A stretch of DNA of 64,000 bases from Paraspadella gotoi (taxonomy: Eukaryota > Animalia > Chaetognatha): assembly GCA_051294375.1 (NCBI GenBank), contig CM119264.1:24897952-24961951 (forward strand), in the 5' to 3' direction. The notes below the pieces were generated by a model. That model searched no databases. It was not told the origin of the DNA and was given only the letters and a program-made list of their open reading frames with translations. This document shows positions 41,151 to 55,075 of the stretch, piece after piece (positions within the stretch are counted from its first letter, which is position 1; each line of letters opens with the position of its first letter). The translations under genes were made by a program, and so were the position numbers.

Positions 41151-43225
41151 GCGCCAAAGCCGCTCCCAAAGCGCGTGACTGAGATCGGCGCCAAAAAACG
41201 GCACAATGGCGCGTGACTTGGAGGGGCGCCTAAAGACGCCGCAAAATTTGGTCCGGGGCCAAAAGACGCCGCTGCCGAATCCATTGTGGAAATTCATAAT
41301 TATTTCAAAAGGAGGAAAAGAAAGAGAAGGGAAAGGGGGAGAGAGGGGGAAGAGGATGACGATAGGGAAGGAATAAGAAAAGAAAAGAGAAAAGATGAGA
41401 AAGAGATGAGATAGGAAAGAAAATTAGAAAGATGAGAGAACTGAGTTAGCAAAAAAAAAGAGAGGGAGGGAAACGAAGACCGCTAGAGAGGAGGAGGAGG
41501 AGGAGGAGGAGGAGGAGGAGGAAGAGTTTCCAGCACCGAATTCCTCTTCTTTTGACAGACGTTTCGCAAAACGAATTTTCTCCCCCCCCTCTCCGCCTCC
41601 CTTCCATCTTTCCTTTCCTCTAATTTCTCTTTCCTCTTCCTCTACTTTTTTTTTTTTCGTTTACTCTCTGACAAAAAAATGTAGGAACCGAGTTTTTTGA
41701 ATCTTGGTTCGCAAAATCGGATGAGGAGTCACGAGAGAGAAAAAAAAAAGGATTAGAAAAGTAGGACAATTGAAAATCAGATTCGCCGGTTTGGCGGGAG
41801 CGAAAGGGAAATGAAAAAAAAAGGATATAAAGGAAAAAAAGGAAAAAAAAATTGTGAGGAAGTCGACGGATGACGAATGCAAAGGTGAAAGAGGAAAGAG
41901 TTTAAGTGAAAAGGAAATGGAAAAAGAAAGGGAAAAGAAAGGAAAAGAGGAAGAAAAAGAAAAAGGGGAATAATAGAAATGAATAAACAAAGAAGGATGT
42001 TATATACTGGAGATCGATTTAAGTGAACTAAGAATGCTAAATAAAAGAAACTGAAGTTAATATTTAAAACGAATAAAGAAAGAGTTTAAAAGGGTTAGGA
42101 AAAAGCGAGGACTTTCTTCTTTAAATATTCACAATTGAGAGAGAGAGAGAGAGNNNNNNNNNNNNNNNNNNNNNNNNNNNNNNNNNNNNNNNNNNNNNNN
42201 NNNNNNNNNNNNNNNNNNNNNNNNNNNNNNNNNNNNNNNNNNNNNNNNNNNNNNNNNNNNNNNNNNNNNNNNNNNNNNNNNNNNNNNNNNNNNNNNNNNN
42301 NNNNNNNNNNNNNNNNNNNNNNNNNNNNNNNNNNNNNNNNNNNNNNNNNNNNNNNNNNNNNNNGAGAGAGAGAGAGAGAGAGAGTGAGAGAGAATTTGAG
42401 TAGGAAAAAAGGTCACGGAAATTCTAAACGTCTCCTTTTTCGTGAAAAAAAGTGTGATTCGCGAAATGTGAATCAAATTTTTTCCCCGAGTGATTTTTGG
42501 AACGATTCTCTTGTCGTTCGATGAGATGAAACTTGGATGAGTGATAATTGTGATAGAATTGTGAGAGAGATGAGTGAGAGATAAGTGATCGAAAGAGGAT
42601 TTGAACGCGAGGGTGAACGAGATTAAAGGGGCGGTGGGTGAGGAGGTGGTATTGGCTGGTGAGGTCATCGCCTGCAACAGACAAGATGGACGGACGGATT
42701 TATTGGCCAGAATCGACAGATGGCGCGAAAGAAGTTGCGTCTTTGTCCCTCAGACGAAATAAGACGAAATCGAAAACAATGGGACATTTGATTCTTATTA
42801 GTTTCTCTTTGTTTTTGTTTCTTTTTTGCGTCTTGAGCTCGATATTGCGGTACAGAAGGGATGATAGTGAAGGAATTTAATGTTGCACATATGGAACATA
42901 TACATAATTATACAATAAGAAATTAATTCCTTAATGTATAACAAAAGAAATGGAGAAAGCATGAAAAAAAGAATTGAAAGAAAGAAAGAAAGAAAGAAAG
43001 ATAGAAAGAAAGAAAGAAAGAAAGAGAGAAAGAAAGAAAGAAATAAAGAAAGAAAGAAAGGAAGAAAAATAAAAGAAAGAGCGAGGGAGAAGAGGAAAGC
43101 TAGAGAGAGAGAGAGCTCGGGAAATCGAGTAATGAAGTATTCTAGGGATGAGAGCACATTCGGCTTTTAGTGGACAAATAAACTCTCCAGATCAGATGGG
43201 TTTTTTATCTGGGAAAAGGGAGGGC

Positions 43226-43360
<135 letters not shown>

Positions 43361-44340
43361 TGGATGAGGAGATGGAGAAATGGCTTCATTGCATCAGGTT
43401 GAGAGAAAGCGCCAAGTATTGAACAGGTGACGCAAATTAATTAAAAGTACACAAATTAATTCAGTTCATAGTTGCTTGACTTAAGAGAGAGCTTAAGATT
43501 CATGTAGGAAAAAATTGATACATTTAAAAAGGAGAAAATTAAAAAAGTGAAATTTAGTATTGTAGAAATTTCAAATATTGTGATTCAATCAAGAATTAAT
43601 TGGAAGGATCGTTGTGAAGTTATTTGAGACTTCACGTCCGCGTTCATAGTCGGGTTCTGAGGGAGACAAATACGTCATATTACTTACCACTAAACCTCTT
43701 GAATGCTTAAAAATTATTTAAATTTAGTTGTTTAAATTGTTTAAAATCAAAAAGAAAACAAATTACAAAGAAGATAAGGAAGTGACGAATTTAGATCATT
43801 GTGAACTAAGGACAAAGATAAAGACGAGAAGCAGACGAGAAGAAGAAACGGAGAAGAAAGAGAAAAGGAGAAGGAGACAAAAAAGAAAAGAAAACGATAA
43901 GGAAAGGATAACGAGGCTCAGAGGTTGAGAGGGTCAAAATGAGAAGGAGAGATGTTGACAGAAGCGGAACGAGATCGATATTTGAGAGGAAAGAGATGAG
44001 TGGGATGGTGGATGGTGGATGGTGTATGGTGGATGGGGGAAGGAGATGGGAGAAGGAGATTGGAATGAGAATTGGGAAAGGAGATGGGAGAAGGAGATGG
44101 GAATTAGGATGGAGAGAAATGGAGGAAAAAAGTTTGAAAATGAGCATAAGTGAAGCAGATCGAGTAGAGTGGACAAATTCGAATTATGACCCACGACCCG
44201 AAACTGGTTGAGATCTCAGCAGGAAAATTTTAGAAGACGAATTGAAAGTCGAAGAACAATACATCATCTGTTTCAGCAGAAATCGGAGGGGAAAAAAAGA
44301 TAAGGATGGAGAAAAATTCCATTAAGAATAAAATTGGAGG

Positions 44341-44419
<79 letters not shown>

Positions 44420-46109
44420 GGAGACGGCAGGACAGAGACAGAGAGGGACAAAGACAGAGACAGAGAGAAGAGATAAACTCAGACGCGTGGGAGAAAAGAA
44501 AAATAAGGAGGAAGAAGAGAGAGAGAGAGAAAGGAAATCGTCTCAAGGGCCTCACCCGCCCTCACCCTTTCCCACTCTCTCGCCTCACCCTCTGCTCTTT
44601 TCATTAGCATCAGGTTTTTTTTTTCAATTTCGTCTGATCGAATTTTTCTTCCTGTTTTTTTGTTTTGTTTTTGATTTTTTTTTTTATTTTTTATTTTTAT
44701 TTTAAAAAGTGTTTTTATTTTGTAATATGACCACTTTTATGAAATTGGTACAACCGAGTTAAAATATAACCATTCATTTTATTTAATAAGCTATCTTTTC
44801 CTGACTTTCGATAGGCAATGGTTCGTTAACGTCTCCTTCCCTCTTACAGAATAACAAGCAAGCAGAGCAGAACTGTTTTCGTGATTTTTACAAAAAATCT
44901 ATTTTGTCTTTTTTTTTTAATTCTCCTCTTCGCCAGATTTTACTCACCTAAAAAAAAACTACCCCCTCAACCCCTCCTCTTGTCCCCTCAACACCCCCCT
45001 TTTCCTCTCAACACCCCCTCTACTCCACAAACCAAGGGTCTCGACCCCTCGATCCTTCCTTCATGACTCCACATCCGCGACGCCGATTTTACGATTCGTC
45101 TTCGCGATAAAACATCTTTCCCGAGGTCGACCCCAAGGATATTTCCGAGCGAGCGGCGGGCGGTGGAAGGGGTCTTTGAGGGGGAATGGGGTTTGGAACG
45201 GGGTATGGGCGTCCTGGAGGGGAGCATATTTAGAGGAGGGTTTAGAAAAGCCCTAGGGGGTCCAGTAGGCCTTTTTGTGGGGGGGTCAAGAGCCGTTCAG
45301 ATTCGGAAGATTATTGGCGGTTCTCGTCAACTGGTCGTCGCTTCGTGTTGTATTTTTGTTCGATATTGATTTTTCGGGGCAGGTTCGGTTATTGTATTTC
45401 TCTCCAGTTCGAGGTGAGGGCGAGAAAGGCAGTTGAGTTAGGATAAATTTAAAGTCTCGTGGGCGAAAGCTTGAAATAGCTCTGACCCATGGATTGGCAG
45501 AATTAGGAACGGCGGGCGACTGCAGAGGAGGGAAGTTAGAATGTGAGTGAGAGGTGGTTAGACAGAAAGTATAGGGATGAGTCAAGGGGCGATATAATGG
45601 GTAAGTTACGAAAAAACGTGTTTTTCTTTGTCCGGTATTAGGAGGATCGAAAATTAACAATTTTAGTGAAATCATTACGTAATTCAGAATTTATAAAGAA
45701 AATCATATCTCTACATATATATATTTATATATACGCCAAGATACTAAATACTTTAAAATTGATTTTTCGCGCCCCAAAATTGAAAACGCCGAGAAAACTT
45801 GACTTACTTTTGTGATTCGTTAGCCGTCACGACTTTTCGATATCTGATGACTTAACATTCACTCTCGATATTCACGCCTTCGTGAGTCTTGACGGAATCA
45901 GCGAACGAGGAGTTCTGACGGTCTTCTCACGAATTTGGTCGTCATTGCAGAATCTGTGAATATTTTATTAAATCGAAATCGATTTGATTGATTACCAATC
46001 AATTTTATCGATGACCAAGTTGAGTCTCCGACCAGTCTAGACCTAAATCCCGAGAGACCAATCGACACATCACGACTTTGAAAGCAGAAATTACAGAAAG
46101 TTTGATAAG

Positions 46110-46200
46110 GCGTCACAACGGCGTGACGGACGGTGTCACAGACGGCGTGACGGACGATGACGTTACAGACGGCGTTACAGACGGCGTATAGACAGGCATG
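46110..46200 (+). repeat. 12-bp minisatellite (ACAGACGGCGTT-like); second copy about 51935-52045
   Basis: Directly visible tandem units; unit number differs between copies. Confidence 0.85.
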
Positions 46201-46484
46201 ATATTCAGAATAACAGAAGGAATGGAGATTGGAGACCAATAGGCAGGTAGGCATTAAGGGAACAGAATTACAGTTGTACAGTTGTTTGGAACATAATGAC
46301 AAATTAACCCTTTTAAATAAAAATAACATAATAGCTCAGAAACAGCCAAAAAGTCAATAAACAAAAACTGATATTAAACAAATTTATTGGATGATGTAAC
46401 AGCAATTTATCTTACTTAAAAGAAATTTGGAGAAGCAGGACGAAGAGCAAAACGAGAGAGAGAGAGAGAGATGAGAGAAGAGAG

Positions 46485-46535
<51 letters not shown>

Positions 46536-46628
46536 AAGAGAGAGAGAGAGAGAACTCTGATGCCACTAATATCTCACTTAATCCCTTGTTTTATTCCTGT
46601 CTGAGACGATTCCGGCCACTGAGAGTCC

Positions 46629-46710
<82 letters not shown>

Positions 46711-47942
46711 TATTCTCTGTCTCTCTTTATCTCTGAGTGTCCCTCTCGATCTCCCTCTCACTCTCTATCTGCGCTTCGCGTCGGCCATCAATCTCAATTT
46801 TCCATAATTGCAGATGATCTGCTTATCGTCGTCGTCGTCGTCGTTCACCCATAAAAACCCGGTCCCTTGCTGTCCTCTATCAGACTATCGCCTTCCGCAT
46901 GAAAAAGTTTCTCAGGATGTAAGCAAACGCCATTTAAAAACCCGGATCTAATGGCAAAATGATTAGCACTAAAAACATTAGCTCACCGACTCGTATTTAT
47001 ATATTTTATTATATTTTTCATATAATATTTTAATTCGTCGAATGGCTGTTTAAAACCAAAATATATACAGAGTGTCTCAAGCGTACTCTCACTTTACAAA
47101 TGAACTGTGTCAAATTGGATCTATGGTTTTATATATATATTTATTTTATAACTGCTAATAGTTTAAAAATAAATTAATACTGATGTAGAAGCTTTGTCAC
47201 AAAACTCGGTTATTCTTCGATCGCAACTCCATCTCTCGGTGGGAATTTCAATCCGTTTTAAATATCGGTTTCGATGTCTTCTTTCCTGATTAAAATCGAT
47301 AATTTTTTTCCCTCATTTTTCCCGCGTTTTTTTTCTTTTTTTTTATTATTTTAATCCCTTTGATTCTTATGCGTCGCCAGACCAAAGGATATAATCATAG
47401 AAGGATCGCTTTTCCGAGAAATGAAAAAAAATTTTTTTCCTGATAATGATGCCTTTTGTTGTTGTTGTTGGTATCATCGGGTTCGTTATCTGTAGGCGAA
47501 GCCGGAGGATAAGAGAATATAATTTTAAAGCAAGTGGGGGGGGGGGAGGATATCGACCCTCAAAATGCGTTCGGTGCTCCGTACGATTAGCACTATTACT
47601 ATTAGTATTGCTATACTATTAGTATTGCTAGTATTACTATTAGTATTAGCTAGCCTCAAACCTATCATGTTTTGCTACTGAAATGGGGAGTTCTATAAAA
47701 ATGACCTGAGAATGTAGTTATGCAATTCAGCACTAGTCCATCTGAGATGAGAAGGGCTGAGAAAGCGCAATGGTATCGCAGTTTTACGGCATCGCCAAAT
47801 ACTTAAGACATAAAACATAATTGATATTCAACGTTTGATGTCAAGTAAAAAATAAAAAATTATAATGATCAAAATCATTTAACAGGACGAGTACAAAATA
47901 TTTACAAACAATGGAAAAAATGGGCTCTTTTCAGAGATTCAT

Positions 47943-48422
47943 CCATTTCATTTCTTGTATCCCTGAACTTGATTTTAATCAATTTCTGTAGTCATAACCC
48001 AATCTGTAACGCTAATCCCTAAACCTAATCATCACCCCAATAAACCTTAGCCCAATCCCTAATCTTAAACCTAACCCAACTTTAACCTAACCCTTTATCC
48101 CTAAGCATTATCATTAACATTTATCAAAAACATAGTAATTTACCCTCATCCTAAACCTAATCTATTACCTTTACTTTGTAGCGGAATTATAATTAATTTT
48201 TTAATTAAAAATTAAGTAGAAAGTTAGGTTAAGATTAGTTTAAGGATTAGGTCAGAGATTAATTGAGGGTTATGGTTAAGGATTAGAGTTAAGATTAAAA
48301 ATTAGATATAAATGTTGAGGGTTAAGGATTAGGGTTAGGGAGTTAAGTTTATAATTTTAGAAACATGATTAAGTTAAAATATTAGATTAAATTAAATTCA
48401 GGGGTAAAATCAACAGAAATGG
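47943..48422. mobile_element. MITE-like foldback element with degenerate telomere-like repeats; second copy about 53789-54267
   Basis: Imperfect terminal inverted repeats (CCATTTC...CCCTGAACTTGATTTTAATC versus GATTAAATTAAATTCAGGGG...GAAATGG); left half CCTAA(C/T)-rich, right half (G/A)TTAGG-rich. Confidence 0.6.
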
Positions 48423-49235
48423 TTCGCTATGGGAAAGGAATGCCAAAATATTTAAAGATATTCAAAATCAAAAAATATTCGTCAATTGATCGTTTGGAGT
48501 AATTGTTTCCTCGGGGTGAGCTGCTCGACCACGATCTTCTAATTTTTCCGTACTGAAATAAAAAGCGAATTACAATAGAAAATAATAAAACTTGACCAAA
48601 AAATAATATATCAATAAACAATTTTTTACATTTTTAGCCTGGCACATCAAGACACTCAAATATTAAATAAATAGATTTAATTCCCAATAAATAATTGTTT
48701 TGTTTAAAATAACGGTCTTTGTAATAAAGTTATAAACTTATAAAATTGGTTTTCCTTTGAACATAAAAAACCTTTTAAAATTCTCTAAATCTAAAATCTT
48801 AAATCAAAGAATTTATATACTTAATATTTTGTAATTTATTCTTTGAAATCAATTTTGAAAATAGATTCTTGTCTTTTATTACTTTAATTGGATTTTGTTA
48901 CTAAAATAAATGAACAAGAAAGGTAATTCAAATGTGTTGTGCCGCAGTGACTTTCTACCAAATGTGTATTTATGACACGCAATGCATCAGAATCTTGTTT
49001 TTTATTCTTTAAAATTTTTTGAAACTAAAAAACTATAGGATCGATTTTTATGATTTTTTCCTTCCTTCTCTAGAACTTTATAAATTGTCGTTTAAAATAA
49101 ATTGAAAAGCCTTTCCAAATAGAAAATAAAATTTTTCTTACAGTATCATATTGACACAATCTGGGTATAATATTTTAATTGTTTTTTCTAGAGCAACAAA
49201 TTTAATCTAATTTTGTAATTTCAACCTGTTGCATT

Positions 49236-50025
49236 TCAAAATCGGCGGTATTTTGAAAGTGGATTCCGGCAACAATAGACCCCCGCCACAATCTTCTTCC
49301 TTGTTTCCTGAGTTGGGTCCGATCGTAAGAAAAGGAGCGTTGGCATCCGCTACACCGCCATCTCATGCGGAGACTGCCTCCTCTTATACGGTCGCTTGTT
49401 GAGTTGGGACCCACTCAGCCTTTCCATCGCAATTACAAGCCTAAGAGGAAATTTTAATTTTTCAAGTTTTCCTAATATCATCCAAATATATGTCGAACTA
49501 CTCAAAAAGTAATGCAGTTTACTAAGTTAGGAGCAGCTGTTAACTTTACTTATTTAACATAATACTATTATTGGCAACCCTGCGGTTGCCGGAGCAGGAG
49601 AGGGAAGTTTCGCTAAGAATCCTCGTACATTTTTTTGGTACTTTTTCATTTTCAACTTACCTTGTATGAGCCATTATAAATTTATTATCATTATCATTTA
49701 TTATAAAGCTCCATTTTAGTGCAACAAGTTATTTTCACTTTTGCCAACATCTTGTCAAATTACCTCGTTGAACGACTTCGACAATTTTAATAAACTATCG
49801 ATCGTTGCCAAAAATGGTTGGTTTGGGTCAACTGCAAATCTCGATGAGATATTCGCAACATCTTCATATTCGTCGTCGTCAACGGACAAGTTCTCGGAGA
49901 GTTCTCATCGCTTGAATTGTCCGAGACGTTCGTTCTCGTTCTCGCTTGCATCATAATCGTCTGTCGCTTTGGTCATCGCTGCCATTCGAAACGAATCTTC
50001 ATCGGCTCCGTCACTCAGCGAAACT
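49236..50025 (-). pseudogene. Duplicate copy of exons 3-4 of the transposase-like gene
   Basis: Same exons as 55884-55620 and 55293-55076, with different indels. Confidence 0.6.
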
Positions 50026-52294
50026 GACCTAAGTAAAAACTATATAATATCAAGCACTGTTTTAATTTTTGCCCATATATATATGATATGATATGATATG
50101 GGCGAAAATTAAACAGTGCTTTCAATTTCAATTTTTACAATTTTGGGGTGTTTAGGGATAAGGATGGTTAAGGTTAGCGGGTCTCCAGGCAAAAAAAAGT
50201 TTTCTTCTCTAACATTGTTCTTTTTTTCTTTTTTGCATAACNNNNNNNNNNNNNNNNNNNNNNNNNGACAAAGACAGAGACAGAGAGGAAGAGATAAACC
50301 TCAGACGCGTGGGAGAAAGAAAAATAAGGAGGAAGAAGAGAGAGAGAGAAAGGAAATCGTCTCAAGGGCCTCACCCGCCCTCACTTCCCTTTCACTCTCT
50401 GCCTCTTTTCATTAGCATCAGGTGTTTTTTTTTTTCAATTTCGTCTGATCGAATTTTTTCTTCCTTGTTTTTTTGTTTTGTTTTTGATTTTTTTTTTATT
50501 ATTTTTTATTTTATTTTAAAAAGTGTTTTTATTTTGTAATATTGACCACTTTTATGAAATTGGTACAACCGAGTTAAAATTAACCATTCATTTATTAAAT
50601 AAGCTATCTTTTCCTGACTTTCGATAGGCAATGGTTCGTTAACGTCTCCTTCCCTCTTACAAGATAACAAGCAAGCAGAGCAGAACTGTTTTCGTGATTT
50701 TTACAAAAAATCTATTTTGTCTTTTTTTTTTTAATTCTCCTCTTCGCCAGATTTTACTTACCTCAAAAAAAAAGACTACCGGCCCTCAACCCCTCCTCTT
50801 GTCCCCTCAACACCCCCCTTTTCCTCTCAACACCCCCTCTACTCCACAAACCAAGGGTCTCGACCCCTCGATCCTTCCTTCATGACTCCACATCCGCGAC
50901 GCCGATTTTACGATTCGTCTTCGCGATAAAACATCTTTCCCGAGGTCGACCCCAAGGATATTTCCGGCGAGCGGCGGGCGGTGGAAGGGGTCTTTGAGGG
51001 GGAATGGGGTTTGGAACGGGGTATGGGCGTCCTGGAGGGGAGCATATTTAGAGGAGGGTTTAGAAAAGCCCTAGGGGGTCCAGTACGGCCTCTTTTGTGG
51101 GGGGGTGCACGAGCCGTGTCAGATTCGGAAGATTATTGGCGGTTCTCGTCAACTGGTCGTCGGTTCGTGTTGTATTTTTGTTCGATATTGATTTTTCGGG
51201 GCAGGTTCGGTTATTGTATTTCTCTCCAGTTCGAGGGTGAGGCGAGAAAGGCAGTTTCGAGTTAGGATAAATTTAAAGTCTCGTGGGCGAAAGCTTGAAA
51301 TAGCTCTGACCCATGGATTGGCAGAATTAGGAACGGCGGGCGACTGCAGAGGAGGGAAGTTAGAATGTGAGTGAGAGGTGGTTAGACAGAAAGTATAGGG
51401 GATGAGTCAAGGGGCGATAATGGGTAAGTTAACGAAAAAACGTGTTTTTGCTTTGTCCCGGTATTAGGAGGATCGAAAATTAACAATTTTAGTGAAATCA
51501 TTACGTAATTCAGAATTTATAAAGAAAATCATATCTCTACATATATATATTTATATATACGCCAAGATACTAAATACTTTAAAATGATTTTTCGCGCCCC
51601 AAAATTGAAAACGCCGAGAAAACTTGACTTACTTTTGTGATTCGTTAGCGTCACGACTTTTCGATATCTGATGACTTACATTTCACTCTCGATATTCACG
51701 CCTTCGTGAGTCTTGACGGAATCAGCGAACGAGGAGTTCTGACGGCTTCTCACGAATTTCGGTCGTCATTGCAGAATCTGTGAATATTTTATTAAATCGA
51801 AATCGATTTGATTGATTACCAATCAATTTTATCGATGACCAAGTTGAGTCTCCGACCAGTCTAGACCTAAATCCCGAGAGACCAATCGACACATCACGAC
51901 TTTGAAAGCAGAAATTACAGAAAGTTTGATAAGGCGTCACAGACGGCGTGACGGACGGTGTCACAGACGGCGTGACGGACGGAGTAACAGACGGAGTAAC
52001 AGACGGCGTTACAGACGGCGTTACAGACGGCGTTACAGACAGCGTGATATTCAGAATAACAGAAGGAATGGAGATTGGAGACCAATAGGCAGGTAGGCAT
52101 TAAGGGAACAGAATTACAGTTGTACAGTTGTTTGGAACATAAATGACAAATTAACCCTTTTAAATAAAATAACATAATAGCTCAGAAACAGCCAAAAGTC
52201 AATAAACAAAAACTGATATTAAACAAATTTATTGGATGATGTAACAGCAATTTATCTTACTTAAAAGAAATTGAGAAAAGCAGGACGAGAGCAA

Positions 52295-52392
<98 letters not shown>

Positions 52393-52470
52393 ACTCTGAT
52401 GCCACTAATATCTCACTTAATCCCTTGTTTTATTCCTGTCTGAGACGATTCCGGCCACTGAGAGTCCCGC

Positions 52471-52547
<77 letters not shown>

Positions 52548-55075
52548 ATAATATTCTCTGTCTCTCTTTATCTCTGAGTGTCCCTCTCGATCTCCCTCTC
52601 ACTCTCTATCTGCGCTTCGCGTCGGCCATCAAATCTCAATTTTCCATAATTGCAGATGATCTGCTTATCGTCGTCGTCGTCGTCGTTCACCCATAAAAAC
52701 CCGGGTCCCTTGCTGTCCTCTATCAGACTATCGCCTTCCGCATGAAAAAGTTTTCTCAGGGATGTAAGCAAACGCCATTAAAAACCCGGATCTAATGGCA
52801 AAATGATTAGCACTAAAAACATTAGCTCACCGACTCGTATTATATATTTTATTATATTTTTCATATAATATTTTAAATTCGTCGAAATGGCTGTTTAAAA
52901 CCAAAATATATACAGAGTGTCTCAAGCGTACTCTCACTTTACAAATGAACTGTGTCAAATTGGATCTATGGTTTTTATATATATATTTATTTTATAACTG
53001 CTAATAGTTTAAAAATAAATTAATACTGATGTAGAAGGCTTTGTCACAAAACTCGGTTATTCTTCGATCGCAACTCCATCTCTCGGTGGGAATTTCAATC
53101 CGTTTAAATATCGGTTTCGATGTCTTCTTTTTCCTGATTAAAATCGATAATTTTTTTCCCTCATTTTTCCCGCGTTTTTTCTTTTTTTTTATTATTTTAA
53201 TCCCTTGATTCTTATGCGTCGCCAGACCAAAGGATAGAATCATAGAAGGATCGCTTTTCCGAGAAATGAAAAAAAATTTTCCCGATAATGATGCCTTTTT
53301 GTTGTTGTTGTTGGTATCATCGGGTTCGTTAATCTGTAGGCGAAGCCGGAGATAAGAGATATAATTTTAAAGCAAGTGGGGGGGGGGGAGGATATCGACC
53401 CCTCAAAAATGCGTTCGGTGCTCCGTACGATTAGCACTATTACTATTAGTATTGCTATTACTATTAGTATTGCTAGTATTACTATTAGTATTAGCTAGCC
53501 TCAAACCTATCATGTTTTGCTACTGAAATGGGGAGTTCTATAAAAATGACCTGAGAATGTAGTTATGCAATTCAGCACTAGTCCATCTGAGATGAGAAGG
53601 GCTGAGAAAGCGCAATGGTATCGCAGTTTTACGGCATCGCCAAATACTTAAGACATAAAAACATAATTGATATTCAACGTTTGATGTTCAAGTAAAAATA
53701 AAAAAAATTATAATGATCAAAATCATTTAACAGACGAGTACAAAATATTTACAACAATGGAAAAAATGGGCTCTTTTCCGAGATCATCCCATTTCATTTC
53801 TTGTATCCCTGAACTTGATTTTAATCAATTTCTGAAGTCATAACCCAATCTGTAACGCTAATCCCTAACCTAATCATCACCCATAAACCTTAGCCCCAAT
53901 CCCTAATCTTAAACCTAACCCCAACTTAACCCTAACCCTTTATCCCTAAGCATTATCATTAACATTTATCAAAAACATAGTAATTTACCCTCATCCTAAA
54001 CCTAATCTATTACCTTTACTTTGTAGCGGAATTATATTAATTTTTTTAATTAAAAATTAAGTAGAAAGTTAGGTTAAGGATTAGTTTAAGGATTAGGTCA
54101 GAGATTATTGAGGGATTATGGTTAAGGATTAGGAGTTAAGATTAAAAATTAGATATAAATGTTGAGGGTTAAGGATTAGGGTTAGGGAGTAAGTTATAAT
54201 TTTAGAAACATGATTAAGTTAAATATTAAGATTAAAATTAAATTCAGGGGTAAATCAACAGAAATGGTTCGCTATGGGAAAGGAATGCCAAAATATTTAA
54301 AGATATTCAAAATCAAAAAATATTCGTCAAATTGATCGTTTGAGTAATTGTTTCCTCGGGGGTGAGCTGCTCGACCACGATCCTTCTTAATTTTCCGTAC
54401 TGAAAATAAAAAAGCGAATACAATAGAAAATAATAAAACTTGACCAAAAAATAATATCAATAAACAATTTTTTACATTTTTAGCCTGCACATCAAGACAC
54501 TCAAATATTAAATAAATAGCATTTAATTCCCAATAAATAATTTGTTTTGTTTAAAAATAACGGTCTTTGTAATAAAGTTATAAACTTATAAAATTGGTTT
54601 TCCTTTGAACATAAAAAACCTTTTAAAAATTCTCTAAATCTAAAATCTTAAATCAAAGAATTTATATACTTAATATTTTGTAATTTATTCTTTGAAATCA
54701 ATTTTGAAATAGATTCTTGTCTTTTATTACTTTAATTGGATTTTGTTACTAAAATAAATGAACAAGAAAGGTAATTCAAATGTGTTGTGCCGCAGTGACT
54801 TTCTACAAATGTGTATTTATGACACGCAATGCATCAGAATCTTGTTTTTTATTCTTTAAAATTTTTTGAAACTAAAAAACTATAGGATCGATTTTTATGA
54901 TTTTTTCCTTCCTTCTCTAGAACTTTATAAATTGTCGTTAAAATAAAATTGGAAAAGGCCTTTCCAAATAGAAAATAAAAATTTTCTTACAGTATCATAT
55001 TGACACAATCTGGGTATAATATTTTAATTGTTTTTCTAGAGCAACAAATTTAATCTAATTTTGTAATTTTCAAAC

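Noticed and set aside
48000-48360. True telomere or chromosome-fusion scar
   Set aside because: Repeats are degenerate, short, internal and in the wrong order for a fusion.
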